Below are positions 19,303 to 27,712 of a stretch of 64,000 nucleotides of DNA, one piece after another. The translations under genes were made by a program, and so were the position numbers. The notes under the pieces were generated by a model, which was given only the letters and a program-made list of their open reading frames with translations, did no database searches and was not told the origin of the DNA. The stretch comes from a virus (taxonomy: Duplodnaviria; Caudoviricetes), in IMG/VR virus record IMGVR_UViG_3300009183_004565. One strand, given 5' to 3'. The first letter of the stretch is position 1; each line of letters begins with the position of its first letter.

Positions 19303-20025
19303 TTAATCCTCCCCGTACAATTTAAGAACTTCTGCCACAGCCGGATGTCTACGAACATCCTTGACGGCAAATTCCACACCAGCAATGTATTGGCTGTCTT
19401 CAAAGTCGGCCATGAGCCGCTGAAAGTCTAGCAATCCGTTGTCCTTGGCCTTACGGTCGGCCTGCTGTGTGTCGCCTGTTACAACCATCTTGGAATTTTC
19501 TCCTAGTCTAGTGAGCAGCATTTTCATCTGAGAAGGCGTGGCGTTCTGCATTTCGTCAGCAACGATCCACGAGTTTTTAAATGTCCGCCCCCGCATGTAT
19601 GCTAGTGGAGCAATCTCTATATATTTTTCGTCTAGCAAACGAGCTACTTCCTGTGGTTTGTAATACTCCTCTATTATATCAAAGATAGGGCGTGTCCATG
19701 GCTCCATCTTTTGATTCAATGTACCCGGCAAAAATCCATGTTGCTCGTCATCAACGCCCACTGCAGGCCTAGTAATAACAATTCGAGAGCACTCTCCTGC
19801 TCTAAATGCTTTTAGTGCGGCCAACACAGCCAGCATAGTTTTACCTGTGCCTGCCGGGCCAGTAGCGAAAACTATTAAGCGTTGGGGATCTTCTAGTAAA
19901 TCTATGTATGTTTCTTGGTTACGACTTTTTGGCGTTAGTGCAATTGTTTTTCTTTGTTTTTGATATGGTTCAATGTTGCTTACTACAGATAATTGTGTTA
20001 CTTCGCTTCTACGGCGTTTGCTCAA
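19303..20025 (-). CDS. phoH: PhoH-family ATPase
   Basis: GPAGTGKT, TRPAV, GFLPG, PLAYMRGRTF, DEMQN, TRLGENS, GD..Q.D, VRRHP; TTG start at 20025 follows AAAGGAGG. Confidence 0.95.
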   Translation of the reverse strand: MSKRRRSEVTQLSVVSNIEPYQKQRKTIALTPKSRNQETYIDLLEDPQRLIVFATGPAGTGKTMLAVLAALKAFRAGECSRIVITRPAVGVDDEQHGFLPGTLNQKMEPWTRPIFDIIEEYYKPQEVARLLDEKYIEIAPLAYMRGRTFKNSWIVADEMQNATPSQMKMLLTRLGENSKMVVTGDTQQADRKAKDNGLLDFQRLMADFEDSQYIAGVEFAVKDVRRHPAVAEVLKLYGED

Positions 20026-20153
20026 GACTGCCTCCTTTGTATGTGGTGGTTCTGTTGACATTTGCCAGTTAGTGGGCTTGTCAATAAGTCCACGCAAATA
20101 TTTAAGGATTAGAATTGTTCATTTAATGACTATAGAAATTTAAATATATTGGA

Positions 20154-20678
20154 CTAAGTATTAGACCGTGTCCACTCACAATAAAGTCTATTGTTTAGAT
20201 CTTGTTTGATATCCGCTGCTTCAAATCCAAACTGTTCGGCATATTCTTTTAATAGTTTTGGTGACCATGGAAAAAAATCTATTTCTTTACACTCTTTGTT
20301 TCCGTGGTCCTGTAACCCAGGATTAACTCTCCAATAGATTCTAGCGGCAGGATTAAGTAAATTAACTATACACTTAATTTGTTTCTTAATTGTTTCTTCT
20401 GGGCCAAAGTTTATACTACCTAAACAAAATGCAACGTCGAATCGTTGTTCTGTTTTGAAATCTTCAATTGTGGTTTGATGATCAGCTTGCTCAAATGCAG
20501 GATCTATTCCCACTAGGTTAGCAATTAACGTTTTAAATGGATTTATCCCGCATCCAACATCTAATACCCATTCATCCGGGTTAATTTTTTTAGCGAGACT
20601 TAATCCAGAATATTGATAAAGATTAAGATGCCCACGCCAGTGCTGGCTGAAATAATTATTGAGTAGTTGTTGATTCAT
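20154..20678 (-). CDS. Class I SAM-dependent methyltransferase
   Basis: WVLDVGCG.N.FK...GID; ATG at 20678 chosen so that it does not overlap the divergent gene. Confidence 0.75.
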   Translation of the reverse strand: MNQQLLNNYFSQHWRGHLNLYQYSGLSLAKKINPDEWVLDVGCGINPFKTLIANLVGIDPAFEQADHQTTIEDFKTEQRFDVAFCLGSINFGPEETIKKQIKCIVNLLNPAARIYWRVNPGLQDHGNKECKEIDFFPWSPKLLKEYAEQFGFEAADIKQDLNNRLYCEWTRSNT

Positions 20679-20691
20679 ATAATTACTTATT
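20679..20691. promoter_or_regulatory. Putative back-to-back late-type promoters in a 13-bp divergent spacer
   Basis: Minus strand TAAGTA-5nt-ATG(20678); plus strand TAATTA-6nt-ATG(20692); variants of the TAAATA motif seen throughout the window. Confidence 0.45.
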
Positions 20692-21276
20692 ATGCTACCT
20701 GACAGAATATTTTTTACTGGCGTTCCCGGCTCGCGTTGGAGCGGCATTGCCCAAACGTTGGAATCCATTCCGGGATTCAATACTAGCGATCGCACACCCG
20801 AACGCACATATGAGCATCATGCCTATACAGGGCATGTGGGTGCTTACTTTGGATGGAAGATGGAATTTGATCCTGTGATCAGCTGGGTGGGGCAAGAACA
20901 TATTGATCAAGCGTGGACCGAGCCAGGTGGATGTCGCTTGGTCAAGAGCCATCAATGGCCCGATAAGTTTGCTGAAATAGAACGTCATTATCCTGATGAT
21001 TGGATCATGCTGGTATATCGCCCGGACATGGCCAGCTTTGCTTGGTGGCACGAAGCAGGTGGATTTCAGATTAAGTACCCTAGTTATAAATGGTACCAAG
21101 ACGAAGCAGATATGTTACACGAGATATCAAGGAACAATAAATTAATGCTACAGTATGCCTGTGAAAAACGTGCCACGTGGAATTACTTTACCGCAGACTG
21201 GATTAAAGAAAACTTTGATGCTGATGTAGCAGTTCCAGTTATTCATCCAGATATATTAGTAACTGTAATAAAATGA
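20692..21276 (+). CDS. P-loop / sulfotransferase-like protein of unknown function
   Basis: N-terminal IFFTGVPGSRWSG resembles the 5'-PSB/P-loop; later VKSH and LVYR. Confidence 0.5.
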   Translation: MLPDRIFFTGVPGSRWSGIAQTLESIPGFNTSDRTPERTYEHHAYTGHVGAYFGWKMEFDPVISWVGQEHIDQAWTEPGGCRLVKSHQWPDKFAEIERHYPDDWIMLVYRPDMASFAWWHEAGGFQIKYPSYKWYQDEADMLHEISRNNKLMLQYACEKRATWNYFTADWIKENFDADVAVPVIHPDILVTVIK

Positions 21277-21503
21277 AAGATCACGTTTGGTATATTAAAT
21301 ACAGTAGTGCCTGTACGATTTTAGTAGCAATGGTGTTTCATGTACTAGGTATAACTCCCTGGAATAGTTTCTTACAAATGATTGGAGCCGCAGGCTGGAT
21401 CTATGTTGGCTATCGCTGGAACGAACGTGCGCTGATGCTCAATTTTATCCCACAGTTTTTTATAATCATCCCTGGATTAATTTATATGTATTTTTTCAAA
21501 TAA
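21273..21503 (+). CDS. Small membrane protein
   Basis: 76 aa with about three hydrophobic segments. Confidence 0.7.
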   Translation: MKDHVWYIKYSSACTILVAMVFHVLGITPWNSFLQMIGAAGWIYVGYRWNERALMLNFIPQFFIIIPGLIYMYFFK

Positions 21504-21512
21504 GGATAGCAC

Positions 21513-22193
21513 ATGTCAAACAAGCATTTATTAATTGTTACCGGACCGCAAGGATCAGGTAATCATCTTTTTAGTAGAATTCTAAGTCAACACCCAGATG
21601 TTGAGGGATGGGAAGATCTTAAAAAAGAATATTGGGTTCCTAGTGATATAGAACCATTTGCTGAATACTGGCGATTTCCTGAACGATTAACTATAGATAA
21701 ATTTGCAAATAGTCAGTATTTTTTAGCCAATGTATCTTGTCCAGTTTATATGGACGGAACTCGTATTATTCCTAAAATTCGTGAAGTCGCTGATCGTGCG
21801 CGAAAGCTGGGTGTGCAAGTAACTATCGCTATAATTGTACGTGATAAGAATATCAACACAGTGCAGCAGCAAAGATTAATGAACGGATTTAGTTCCTTGG
21901 CAACGGCACAAGAATACTACTATGATAACATTTTAACTAGTGAGCATGAAGTACATTTTGTAGATCATGAAGCATTTTTCTTGCACGGAAAGCACTATCT
22001 TAAATGGTTGTCTAAAATTATGAATTTTCCTATTGCATGGAATAGCGACTCCGTTTATGACTTTATAGAAAAAGACGCTAACCATAAATACATTACACCA
22101 ATTGAAACACATTGGTTAGATGAGCACATTCGAGCAGGTCGCAGACCCTACAAAGATCGAAATATAGACGATCCAGCCAACAAAATAGCATAA
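21513..22193 (+). CDS. P-loop / sulfotransferase-like protein
   Basis: LLIVTGPQGSGNHLFSRILS; later IIVRD. Confidence 0.55.
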   Translation: MSNKHLLIVTGPQGSGNHLFSRILSQHPDVEGWEDLKKEYWVPSDIEPFAEYWRFPERLTIDKFANSQYFLANVSCPVYMDGTRIIPKIREVADRARKLGVQVTIAIIVRDKNINTVQQQRLMNGFSSLATAQEYYYDNILTSEHEVHFVDHEAFFLHGKHYLKWLSKIMNFPIAWNSDSVYDFIEKDANHKYITPIETHWLDEHIRAGRRPYKDRNIDDPANKIA

Positions 22194-22220
22194 ATATAAT
22201 AATATACAAGGAGTTCCATA

Positions 22221-22916
22221 ATGGACGCAAAACAATTTGTAAACAAAATCGTTGATGAAAATCAAGCCCTTTTCCGCGCCAGCCAACATAATGTAAAGGC
22301 TTACTTCGATAGCAAGCCAGCTAAAGAAGAGTTAGTAGAACATTTTATTGGTCGTATGATCAACGAGCGTATGAACATGGTTGAAATTGCCCAACAAGTA
22401 GCTAACATGCCTGCAGATGCTGACCCAGTTGAATTACAACTGTTGACTCAACAGGCACACGACGAAGCTGTACACTTTCGATTAGTTAAAGAAGTTATTG
22501 AACACATCCAAGGCTCGCCAGTGGATGTACAAGCTGCTATTGCTGCCGAAGCTGCAAAACCCACAGCAAAAGGTGCCAGCCTACTACAAAAATATGATGC
22601 ACAAGATGATGCTGCTGCGCTAGCTGCTTATCAATTGGTTGCCGAAGGTCGTGCAGAAGCTGTGTGGAATCAAATGGCTGAATGCATTGAAGATGAGTTT
22701 ATTAGTAATGCTTACGCTAAAATTGCCAAGGATGAAGGTTTCCACAGCAAAATTGGTGCTAGAGCTTTAGAAAAGCTAGTTACCACTGAAGCAGAACAAG
22801 TACGAATCGAAGCACTGGTTGCTCAGATGCGTAAAGACTTGTATGATATCAGTTGCCGGAATACCACTGCTGCTGCGGATGGTAAGCGACTAGTAGCCGA
22901 CGCTTACGGCTGGTAA
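22221..22916 (+). CDS. Ferritin-like diiron protein
   Basis: Ligand pattern E(NERMN)...DEAVH...E(VAEG)...DEGFH; strong RBS and TAAATA upstream. Confidence 0.8.
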   Translation: MDAKQFVNKIVDENQALFRASQHNVKAYFDSKPAKEELVEHFIGRMINERMNMVEIAQQVANMPADADPVELQLLTQQAHDEAVHFRLVKEVIEHIQGSPVDVQAAIAAEAAKPTAKGASLLQKYDAQDDAAALAAYQLVAEGRAEAVWNQMAECIEDEFISNAYAKIAKDEGFHSKIGARALEKLVTTEAEQVRIEALVAQMRKDLYDISCRNTTAAADGKRLVADAYGW

Positions 22917-23464
22917 TGAATATAGGACTCAGTCAACGAGTCCTGTTACACAAAAATAGAGCGTATGACGCCTTAGAGCATGGATGGTATTCATACTTAA
23001 AAGCGCATACGCTCTTTCCTATTGCAAACAGGCCTGGTCAAGATTTTAACAGTTTAGCTAACGAGCTAGATTGTTTTGTTATCACCGGCGGGGATGACAG
23101 CACAGTCAGACGGTTAACCGAAGTAAGATTGGCCACACACATGATTGCCAGACAAAAGCCCGTGATTGGTATTTGTCATGGAGCATTTTTGATTACAGAA
23201 ATGCTTGGTGGAGAAATAGCAGAAATTGGCAATCACGTAGATTGCGAACATCAGGTCAACTACTTTGGTGAACTGATTACTGTAAACAGCTATCACTCAT
23301 TGGCAATTAAAACCCCACAGAAATCAGCTACTATTTTAGCCTACGACGAGCACGGCAACTGCGAAGCCTGGATTGACGGGAATACTGCTGGTATAGTGTG
23401 GCATCCTGAGCGAATGAATGTGCCCTGGATTCCGGAAGAGATCGAGCAATTATTAGGTAAATAA
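22916..23464 (+). CDS. Class I glutamine amidotransferase (peptidase C26/PuuD-like)
   Basis: ITGGDD, GICHG nucleophile elbow, VNSYH, WHPE. Confidence 0.85.
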   Translation: MNIGLSQRVLLHKNRAYDALEHGWYSYLKAHTLFPIANRPGQDFNSLANELDCFVITGGDDSTVRRLTEVRLATHMIARQKPVIGICHGAFLITEMLGGEIAEIGNHVDCEHQVNYFGELITVNSYHSLAIKTPQKSATILAYDEHGNCEAWIDGNTAGIVWHPERMNVPWIPEEIEQLLGK

Positions 23465-23480
23465 TACAACAGGATCAATC

Positions 23481-24053
23481 ATGGCTACAAATATTAAAGA
23501 TATTATTGAAAATTTAAAGACACTATCAATGACTGATAGTGCCATTAACAGCTTAATGGATTATGAGCGTGTAATTGACGAACTAGACGTATACACTTTT
23601 GATAATTGGAAAAAAGGCGAATTAGTTGAAGGGCCAAAATATGAAAAATATTTTGTAACCTGTACATTTATGTGGCCTTACAAAATGATGCCCGATCCCA
23701 GAGGCGGCGAGCGTCTATTAGATTACGGCTGCGAAATAAAATTTAAAAAAGATCATTTACAATATCCAATTAAGTTAAAGGATCCTGATGATTTTAAACC
23801 AGGAACAAAAGTACCAAAACAAGCTCGTGTTCCAGTTTGGTTAGTGGAAATTGTTATGCCCAAGCAGCTCATGCAGGAAATTAATCAAGGCAGCGTTGAA
23901 CTAGAATCTGGTACTGTTGATGCTGAAGATATTGAGCAAAGTTACGAAACAGGATTAGATGACAACATGTACAAAACAGATAGCCAAGCACCAACGTCTG
24001 CTAGCCAAGGTGAGGATACTACCCCACAAGGAGCCCAAAATGGACCATTCTAA
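23481..24053 (+). CDS. Conserved phage hypothetical protein
   Basis: 190 aa, TAAATA upstream, acidic tail. Confidence 0.65.
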   Translation: MATNIKDIIENLKTLSMTDSAINSLMDYERVIDELDVYTFDNWKKGELVEGPKYEKYFVTCTFMWPYKMMPDPRGGERLLDYGCEIKFKKDHLQYPIKLKDPDDFKPGTKVPKQARVPVWLVEIVMPKQLMQEINQGSVELESGTVDAEDIEQSYETGLDDNMYKTDSQAPTSASQGEDTTPQGAQNGPF

Positions 24054-24591
24054 TATCAACGAAGGCTTGGAGAAAAACGATCTAAAAAGATTAGTACACC
24101 CTGAATTGCACATTGACGAATACAAAAGTAAAATGGGCAAAGATGAAGATATTATTGTGCTCAGTTTTAAAGTCACTGGGCGCGAGCCGGCTGAAGATCT
24201 TGTTAACTTCATTGAAAAAGGTTACGAATGGGTAATTGATGCCGATATCAGTTCTGGCGAAATGGGCGACGGGGATTATATTGTGTTTGTAGAAGCTGAT
24301 AGAACACGCGATATTCCTGAGAACATAATAAGTATGGTGGAAGATGTAATGAATTTGACCGAGCAGTCAATTGACGATTGGAGACTGCAACTAAGATCAA
24401 ATCCAACACAACTTGAGCTAACAGTAGATAATATTAAAAACAACGTTCCACTTACTACAAAAGATTACCTACGTCAGTACGGTTCAAAAGAACTAGACGA
24501 AATGCGTACTGCTGCTGGTATTTCAGTTAACACAAAAGCACCCAAAAACGACTATACCCAAAGCCTCAGAAGTTTAGCAGGCATCCTCTAA
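24040..24591 (+). CDS. Hypothetical protein, possibly virion-associated
   Basis: ATG 24040 after AAGGAG; N-terminal INEG resembles a prohead-protease site. Confidence 0.6.
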   Translation: MDHSNINEGLEKNDLKRLVHPELHIDEYKSKMGKDEDIIVLSFKVTGREPAEDLVNFIEKGYEWVIDADISSGEMGDGDYIVFVEADRTRDIPENIISMVEDVMNLTEQSIDDWRLQLRSNPTQLELTVDNIKNNVPLTTKDYLRQYGSKELDEMRTAAGISVNTKAPKNDYTQSLRSLAGIL

Positions 24592-24606
24592 AAACATCCA
24601 AAATCC

Positions 24607-24633
24607 ATAAATACTGTATCGAGGATACAGTAT
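24607..24633 (+). promoter_or_regulatory. Late-type promoter overlapping a perfect 10-bp hairpin that hides the RBS and start codon
   Basis: ATAAATA 24607-24613; ATACTGTATC(24611-20)-GAG-GATACAGTAT(24624-33). Confidence 0.75.
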
Positions 24634-25084
24634 GTGGATACTACAATTTTTACCAGATAGCTTCATTTTATATGTAGTTTATTCAGCAATAGCACTAGGT
24701 GCTGTTGGGCTACTGGCTAGCTACATCATCAAAGTTATTCCTTTCTTAAACATCTATAGAATCCCTATACAGATTTTATCTATTCTGTTGCTAACAGCTG
24801 GTGTGTACTGGTACGGCGGGTACAGCACTGAAATGTGGTGGCGCGGCGAAACTGCACGACTACAAGAAGAGATTAGAAAATCCGAAGAACGGGCTCCTGT
24901 AATTACCAAAGAAGTAGTTACAAAGTATAAAGATAAAATTCTTATTGTAAAACGTGGTGTGGAAGTTGTTAAAAAAGAAATTGAAATTAAACGTGAAATT
25001 ATTAACGAAGGCTGTAAGTTAAATCCTACAGCAGTCGAAATGTATAACAAAGGTGTAACAGGATCTGTGGAGGAAACAAAATGA
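24632..25084 (+). CDS. Putative inner-membrane spanin (Rz-like)
   Basis: N-terminal TM segments, periplasmic coiled-coil and C-terminal Cys; first gene of the lysis cassette. Confidence 0.55.
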   Translation: MWILQFLPDSFILYVVYSAIALGAVGLLASYIIKVIPFLNIYRIPIQILSILLLTAGVYWYGGYSTEMWWRGETARLQEEIRKSEERAPVITKEVVTKYKDKILIVKRGVEVVKKEIEIKREIINEGCKLNPTAVEMYNKGVTGSVEETK

Positions 25085-25344
25085 GATACTTCTTGTTATT
25101 AACAGTTTTCCTTGCAGCATGTACAACCACTGTTCCTGTTAAGCGTAAGTTTCCTGATGCAGACCCTTATATGTTCGAGGCTGCACCTACACTAGAAAAA
25201 CTTCCATCAAACACACAAGACCTAGACAAGTTAATTGCTAACTCCGCAGACAACTACGGAAAGTACAGAGAACTTGTACAACGTTACGAGATGTGGAAAG
25301 AGTGGTACATTAAACAAAAAGAAAACTTTGACAGCGTAAAATGA
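25081..25344 (+). CDS. Lipoprotein, putative outer-membrane spanin (Rz1-like)
   Basis: Lipobox FLAAC, Pro-rich mature region, overlaps the Rz-like gene. Confidence 0.6.
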   Translation: MRYFLLLTVFLAACTTTVPVKRKFPDADPYMFEAAPTLEKLPSNTQDLDKLIANSADNYGKYRELVQRYEMWKEWYIKQKENFDSVK

Positions 25345-25706
25345 AAAAAATAATAACAATAGCCATATTGGCAATCACATTATCAGGCTGTGCTACAGTA
25401 GACACAGTTAAAAAATACTGGCCAAGAGATCATGATCCTGTAATGTTCAATCAATTAGTAACAGCGAGTATTGCAATTGAAACAATTAATTGCGATCATC
25501 CAGATTGGAGTCCGGTAGTAGAAGTAACAAATCATTTATCCCGCTCAGCAGAATGGCGCGGTGATCCTCAAGCAGACAATCTTAAGGGATTGTTAAATCA
25601 TGCGGAACGTATGAGTCACGGTGGTAGCCGAACGTTCTGTGAACTAGGTAAGAAGACCGCTATACAAAGAATAGAAGCAGCAAAGTCTGCATGGAAAGGA
25701 AGATAA
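25341..25706 (+). CDS. Lipoprotein
   Basis: Signal peptide with lipobox LSGC. Confidence 0.7.
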   Translation: MKKIITIAILAITLSGCATVDTVKKYWPRDHDPVMFNQLVTASIAIETINCDHPDWSPVVEVTNHLSRSAEWRGDPQADNLKGLLNHAERMSHGGSRTFCELGKKTAIQRIEAAKSAWKGR

Positions 25707-25895
25707 ATGCATCCATTGGAAACAGAAATACAAGCAATTAACGAACAATGTCAGATGGGTAATATAAGCGCCGAAGAGCGAAATTACCTATTGACAGAAA
25801 TTAGAGATATTCGTGTAGCACAAGAATGTGCAGGTAATGAACAACTGTTCAGGCAATTAGTACAAGCATGTAATATCGCTATGGCTGTAGTTTAA
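25707..25895 (+). CDS. Hypothetical protein
   Basis: 62 aa, abuts the upstream stop. Confidence 0.55.
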   Translation: MHPLETEIQAINEQCQMGNISAEERNYLLTEIRDIRVAQECAGNEQLFRQLVQACNIAMAVV

Positions 25896-25909
25896 TAAAA
25901 GGAGATGAA

Positions 25910-26524
25910 ATGCAATTAACGGTAAGTCAAATAAAAGAAATGGTTCCGGGTATTCCTTATGCGGACCATTGGGTTGGGGCTTTAAATCAACTATTACCTG
26001 ATTATGAAATTAACACACCCAAGCGTGTAGCAGCATTCATTGCTCAGTGTGCTCATGAGTCGGGCGGATTTAAGTTTTTATCTGAGAACTTGAATTATAA
26101 AGCAGAAAGCCTAATGAAAGTATTCCCAAAATACTTTACCGACATGGGCACTGCAAAAGCTTATGAAAAGCAACCTGCAAAGATTGCAAATAAGATTTAC
26201 GGAGGTCGTATGGGCAACGGCGACGAGGCCTCGGGCGATGGTTTTAAGTACCGCGGTCGTGGACTAATTCAATTGACTGGTAAAACAAACTACGAATGGT
26301 TTGCAGCTAGTATTGAAGTTAGTCCTGAAGTGGCAAGTGCATACCTAGAAACATTTGAAGGTGCTGCACAAAGTGCTTGCTGGTTTTGGGAAAGCAACAA
26401 CCTAAACAAAGAAGCCGATGCTGGTGATATCAAGTTAATGACTAAAAAAATCAATGGTGGTTACATTGGGTTAGATGATCGCATCAAGCATTACAATCAC
26501 ATGTTGCATGTGCTAGGAGCATAA
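25910..26524 (+). CDS. GH19 (chitinase-like) endolysin
   Basis: AFIAQCAHESGGF...ENLNY, YRGRGLIQLTGK.NY, KKINGG..GL.DR. Confidence 0.92.
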   Translation: MQLTVSQIKEMVPGIPYADHWVGALNQLLPDYEINTPKRVAAFIAQCAHESGGFKFLSENLNYKAESLMKVFPKYFTDMGTAKAYEKQPAKIANKIYGGRMGNGDEASGDGFKYRGRGLIQLTGKTNYEWFAASIEVSPEVASAYLETFEGAAQSACWFWESNNLNKEADAGDIKLMTKKINGGYIGLDDRIKHYNHMLHVLGA

Positions 26525-26525
26525 T

Positions 26526-26771
26526 ATGAAATATCTACTAGTTCTATTATTACCCATGACTCTCATGGCGTGTACTGAAGGGTATCGTTACCCTTGCCAA
26601 GATCCAGACAACTGGGATAAAAAAGAATGCAAGAAGCCGTACTGTAGTGCAAACGGAACTTGCCCCGAAGACTTGCAACATTACGAAAAAGATAAAGCAG
26701 GTAACCCTATTCAACAAGTGGTACCCATGCAACCATCACAAAAAAATACATCTAAAGGAGATTGTAAATGA
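26526..26771 (+). CDS. Cys-rich lipoprotein
   Basis: Lipobox LMAC; YRYPCQDP.NW...C..P.C...G.CP. Confidence 0.7.
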   Translation: MKYLLVLLLPMTLMACTEGYRYPCQDPDNWDKKECKKPYCSANGTCPEDLQHYEKDKAGNPIQQVVPMQPSQKNTSKGDCK

Positions 26772-27214
26772 TATTCGCAAAAGAAAAATATACTACTGAC
26801 GAATTAAACGCACGACTGAAGTTTTTTATTGGTATTATTCTTGGTTTAACCCTGTTTGGTATTGTGTTTGTTGTTTTATTCAGTTTGATTTTTGTAACAC
26901 AACCAATGAACGGAATGAGTCCAGTTGATAACAAGTTCTTTGAACTTATTATTCCTGTTGCCACATTCTTGACTGGTACATTGTCAGGCATTATGCTGGC
27001 CGGCGATGACAAGGATTTGCGTGGTAAAGCGATTGATGCTGCAACTAAACCGTATACACCACCACCAGAACCATCATCAGTTGCAAAAGCATCAGCACCT
27101 AGCTTTAGCCCAGCACCAGTTGTAGCAGCAGCGGCAGCACCCGCAGCAACCGATTCAGTACAAATGGTAAATGGTAAGCCAGCTCCAGTGCAGCCAGCAT
27201 TTCCAGAAATTTAA
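26768..27214 (+). CDS. Two-TM membrane protein (holin-like) with Pro/Ala tail
   Basis: Two hydrophobic helices; lysis-cassette context. Confidence 0.55.
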   Translation: MIFAKEKYTTDELNARLKFFIGIILGLTLFGIVFVVLFSLIFVTQPMNGMSPVDNKFFELIIPVATFLTGTLSGIMLAGDDKDLRGKAIDAATKPYTPPPEPSSVAKASAPSFSPAPVVAAAAAPAATDSVQMVNGKPAPVQPAFPEI

Positions 27215-27226
27215 GGAAAAGGTACA

Positions 27227-27454
27227 ATGAGCTTTATAACTGATATGTTAAAAGCAGAAGGCGATAGTAATCCTAGTAGTAAAAGGACTATTGCCCTTTT
27301 GGCTTTTTTATTACTTGGTACTAGTTTTATCACTGAATTGTTCTATGGTATGAAAGTAAGTCAACCTACCATTGACACAATGATGTATATTGTAATTGGT
27401 GGATTAGGATTTACATCTGCAGAAAAATTTATTAAAAAGGAAGAAAAGAAATGA
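27227..27454 (+). CDS. Holin-like small membrane protein
   Basis: SSKR.I followed by two TM helices and a charged C-terminus (EKFIKKEEKK). Confidence 0.55.
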   Translation: MSFITDMLKAEGDSNPSSKRTIALLAFLLLGTSFITELFYGMKVSQPTIDTMMYIVIGGLGFTSAEKFIKKEEKK

Positions 27455-27639
27455 AATATCTATTAGCACTTATGATTGGTTTATTTGCAACCACAGCAGT
27501 ATATGCCGAAGCAGAAACTAAAAAGGCATGTGTAAAACAAATGGATCCAAAGACCAAGAAGGAAAAAGAAGTTTGCAAAACTATCAAGGTTCATAAGAAA
27601 CTTGAAGGTACTGCAATTCCCGACGGCAAGAAGAAGTAA
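27451..27639 (+). CDS. Small exported protein
   Basis: Signal peptide (AVYA-E), two Cys, very basic. Confidence 0.65.
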   Translation: MKYLLALMIGLFATTAVYAEAETKKACVKQMDPKTKKEKEVCKTIKVHKKLEGTAIPDGKKK

Positions 27640-27657
27640 TTCTCTGTAACTCAATTG

Positions 27658-27694
27658 TACGGTCAATGCCAAAAGTGTTGACCGTATTTCATTT
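27658..27694 (+). terminator. Intrinsic-terminator-like hairpin ending the lysis cassette
   Basis: TACGGTCAA (27658-66) / TTGACCGTA (27678-86), extendable by G-U pairs, then TTTCATTT. Confidence 0.65.
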
Positions 27695-27706
27695 ATACTA
27701 TATAAT
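27678..27706 (+). promoter_or_regulatory. sigma70-type promoter for dnaJ (probably leaderless mRNA)
   Basis: TTGACC, 17 bp spacer, TATAAT (27701-06); ATG 6 nt downstream and no SD. Confidence 0.85.
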
Positions 27707-27712
27707 ATTACT

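Noticed and set aside
20053-20080. TTGACA in the phoH upstream region as a sigma70 promoter
   Set aside because: No -10 box at 16-18 bp on either strand. It is part of a weak TTGACA/TGTCAA inverted repeat in the phoH leader, too weak to call.
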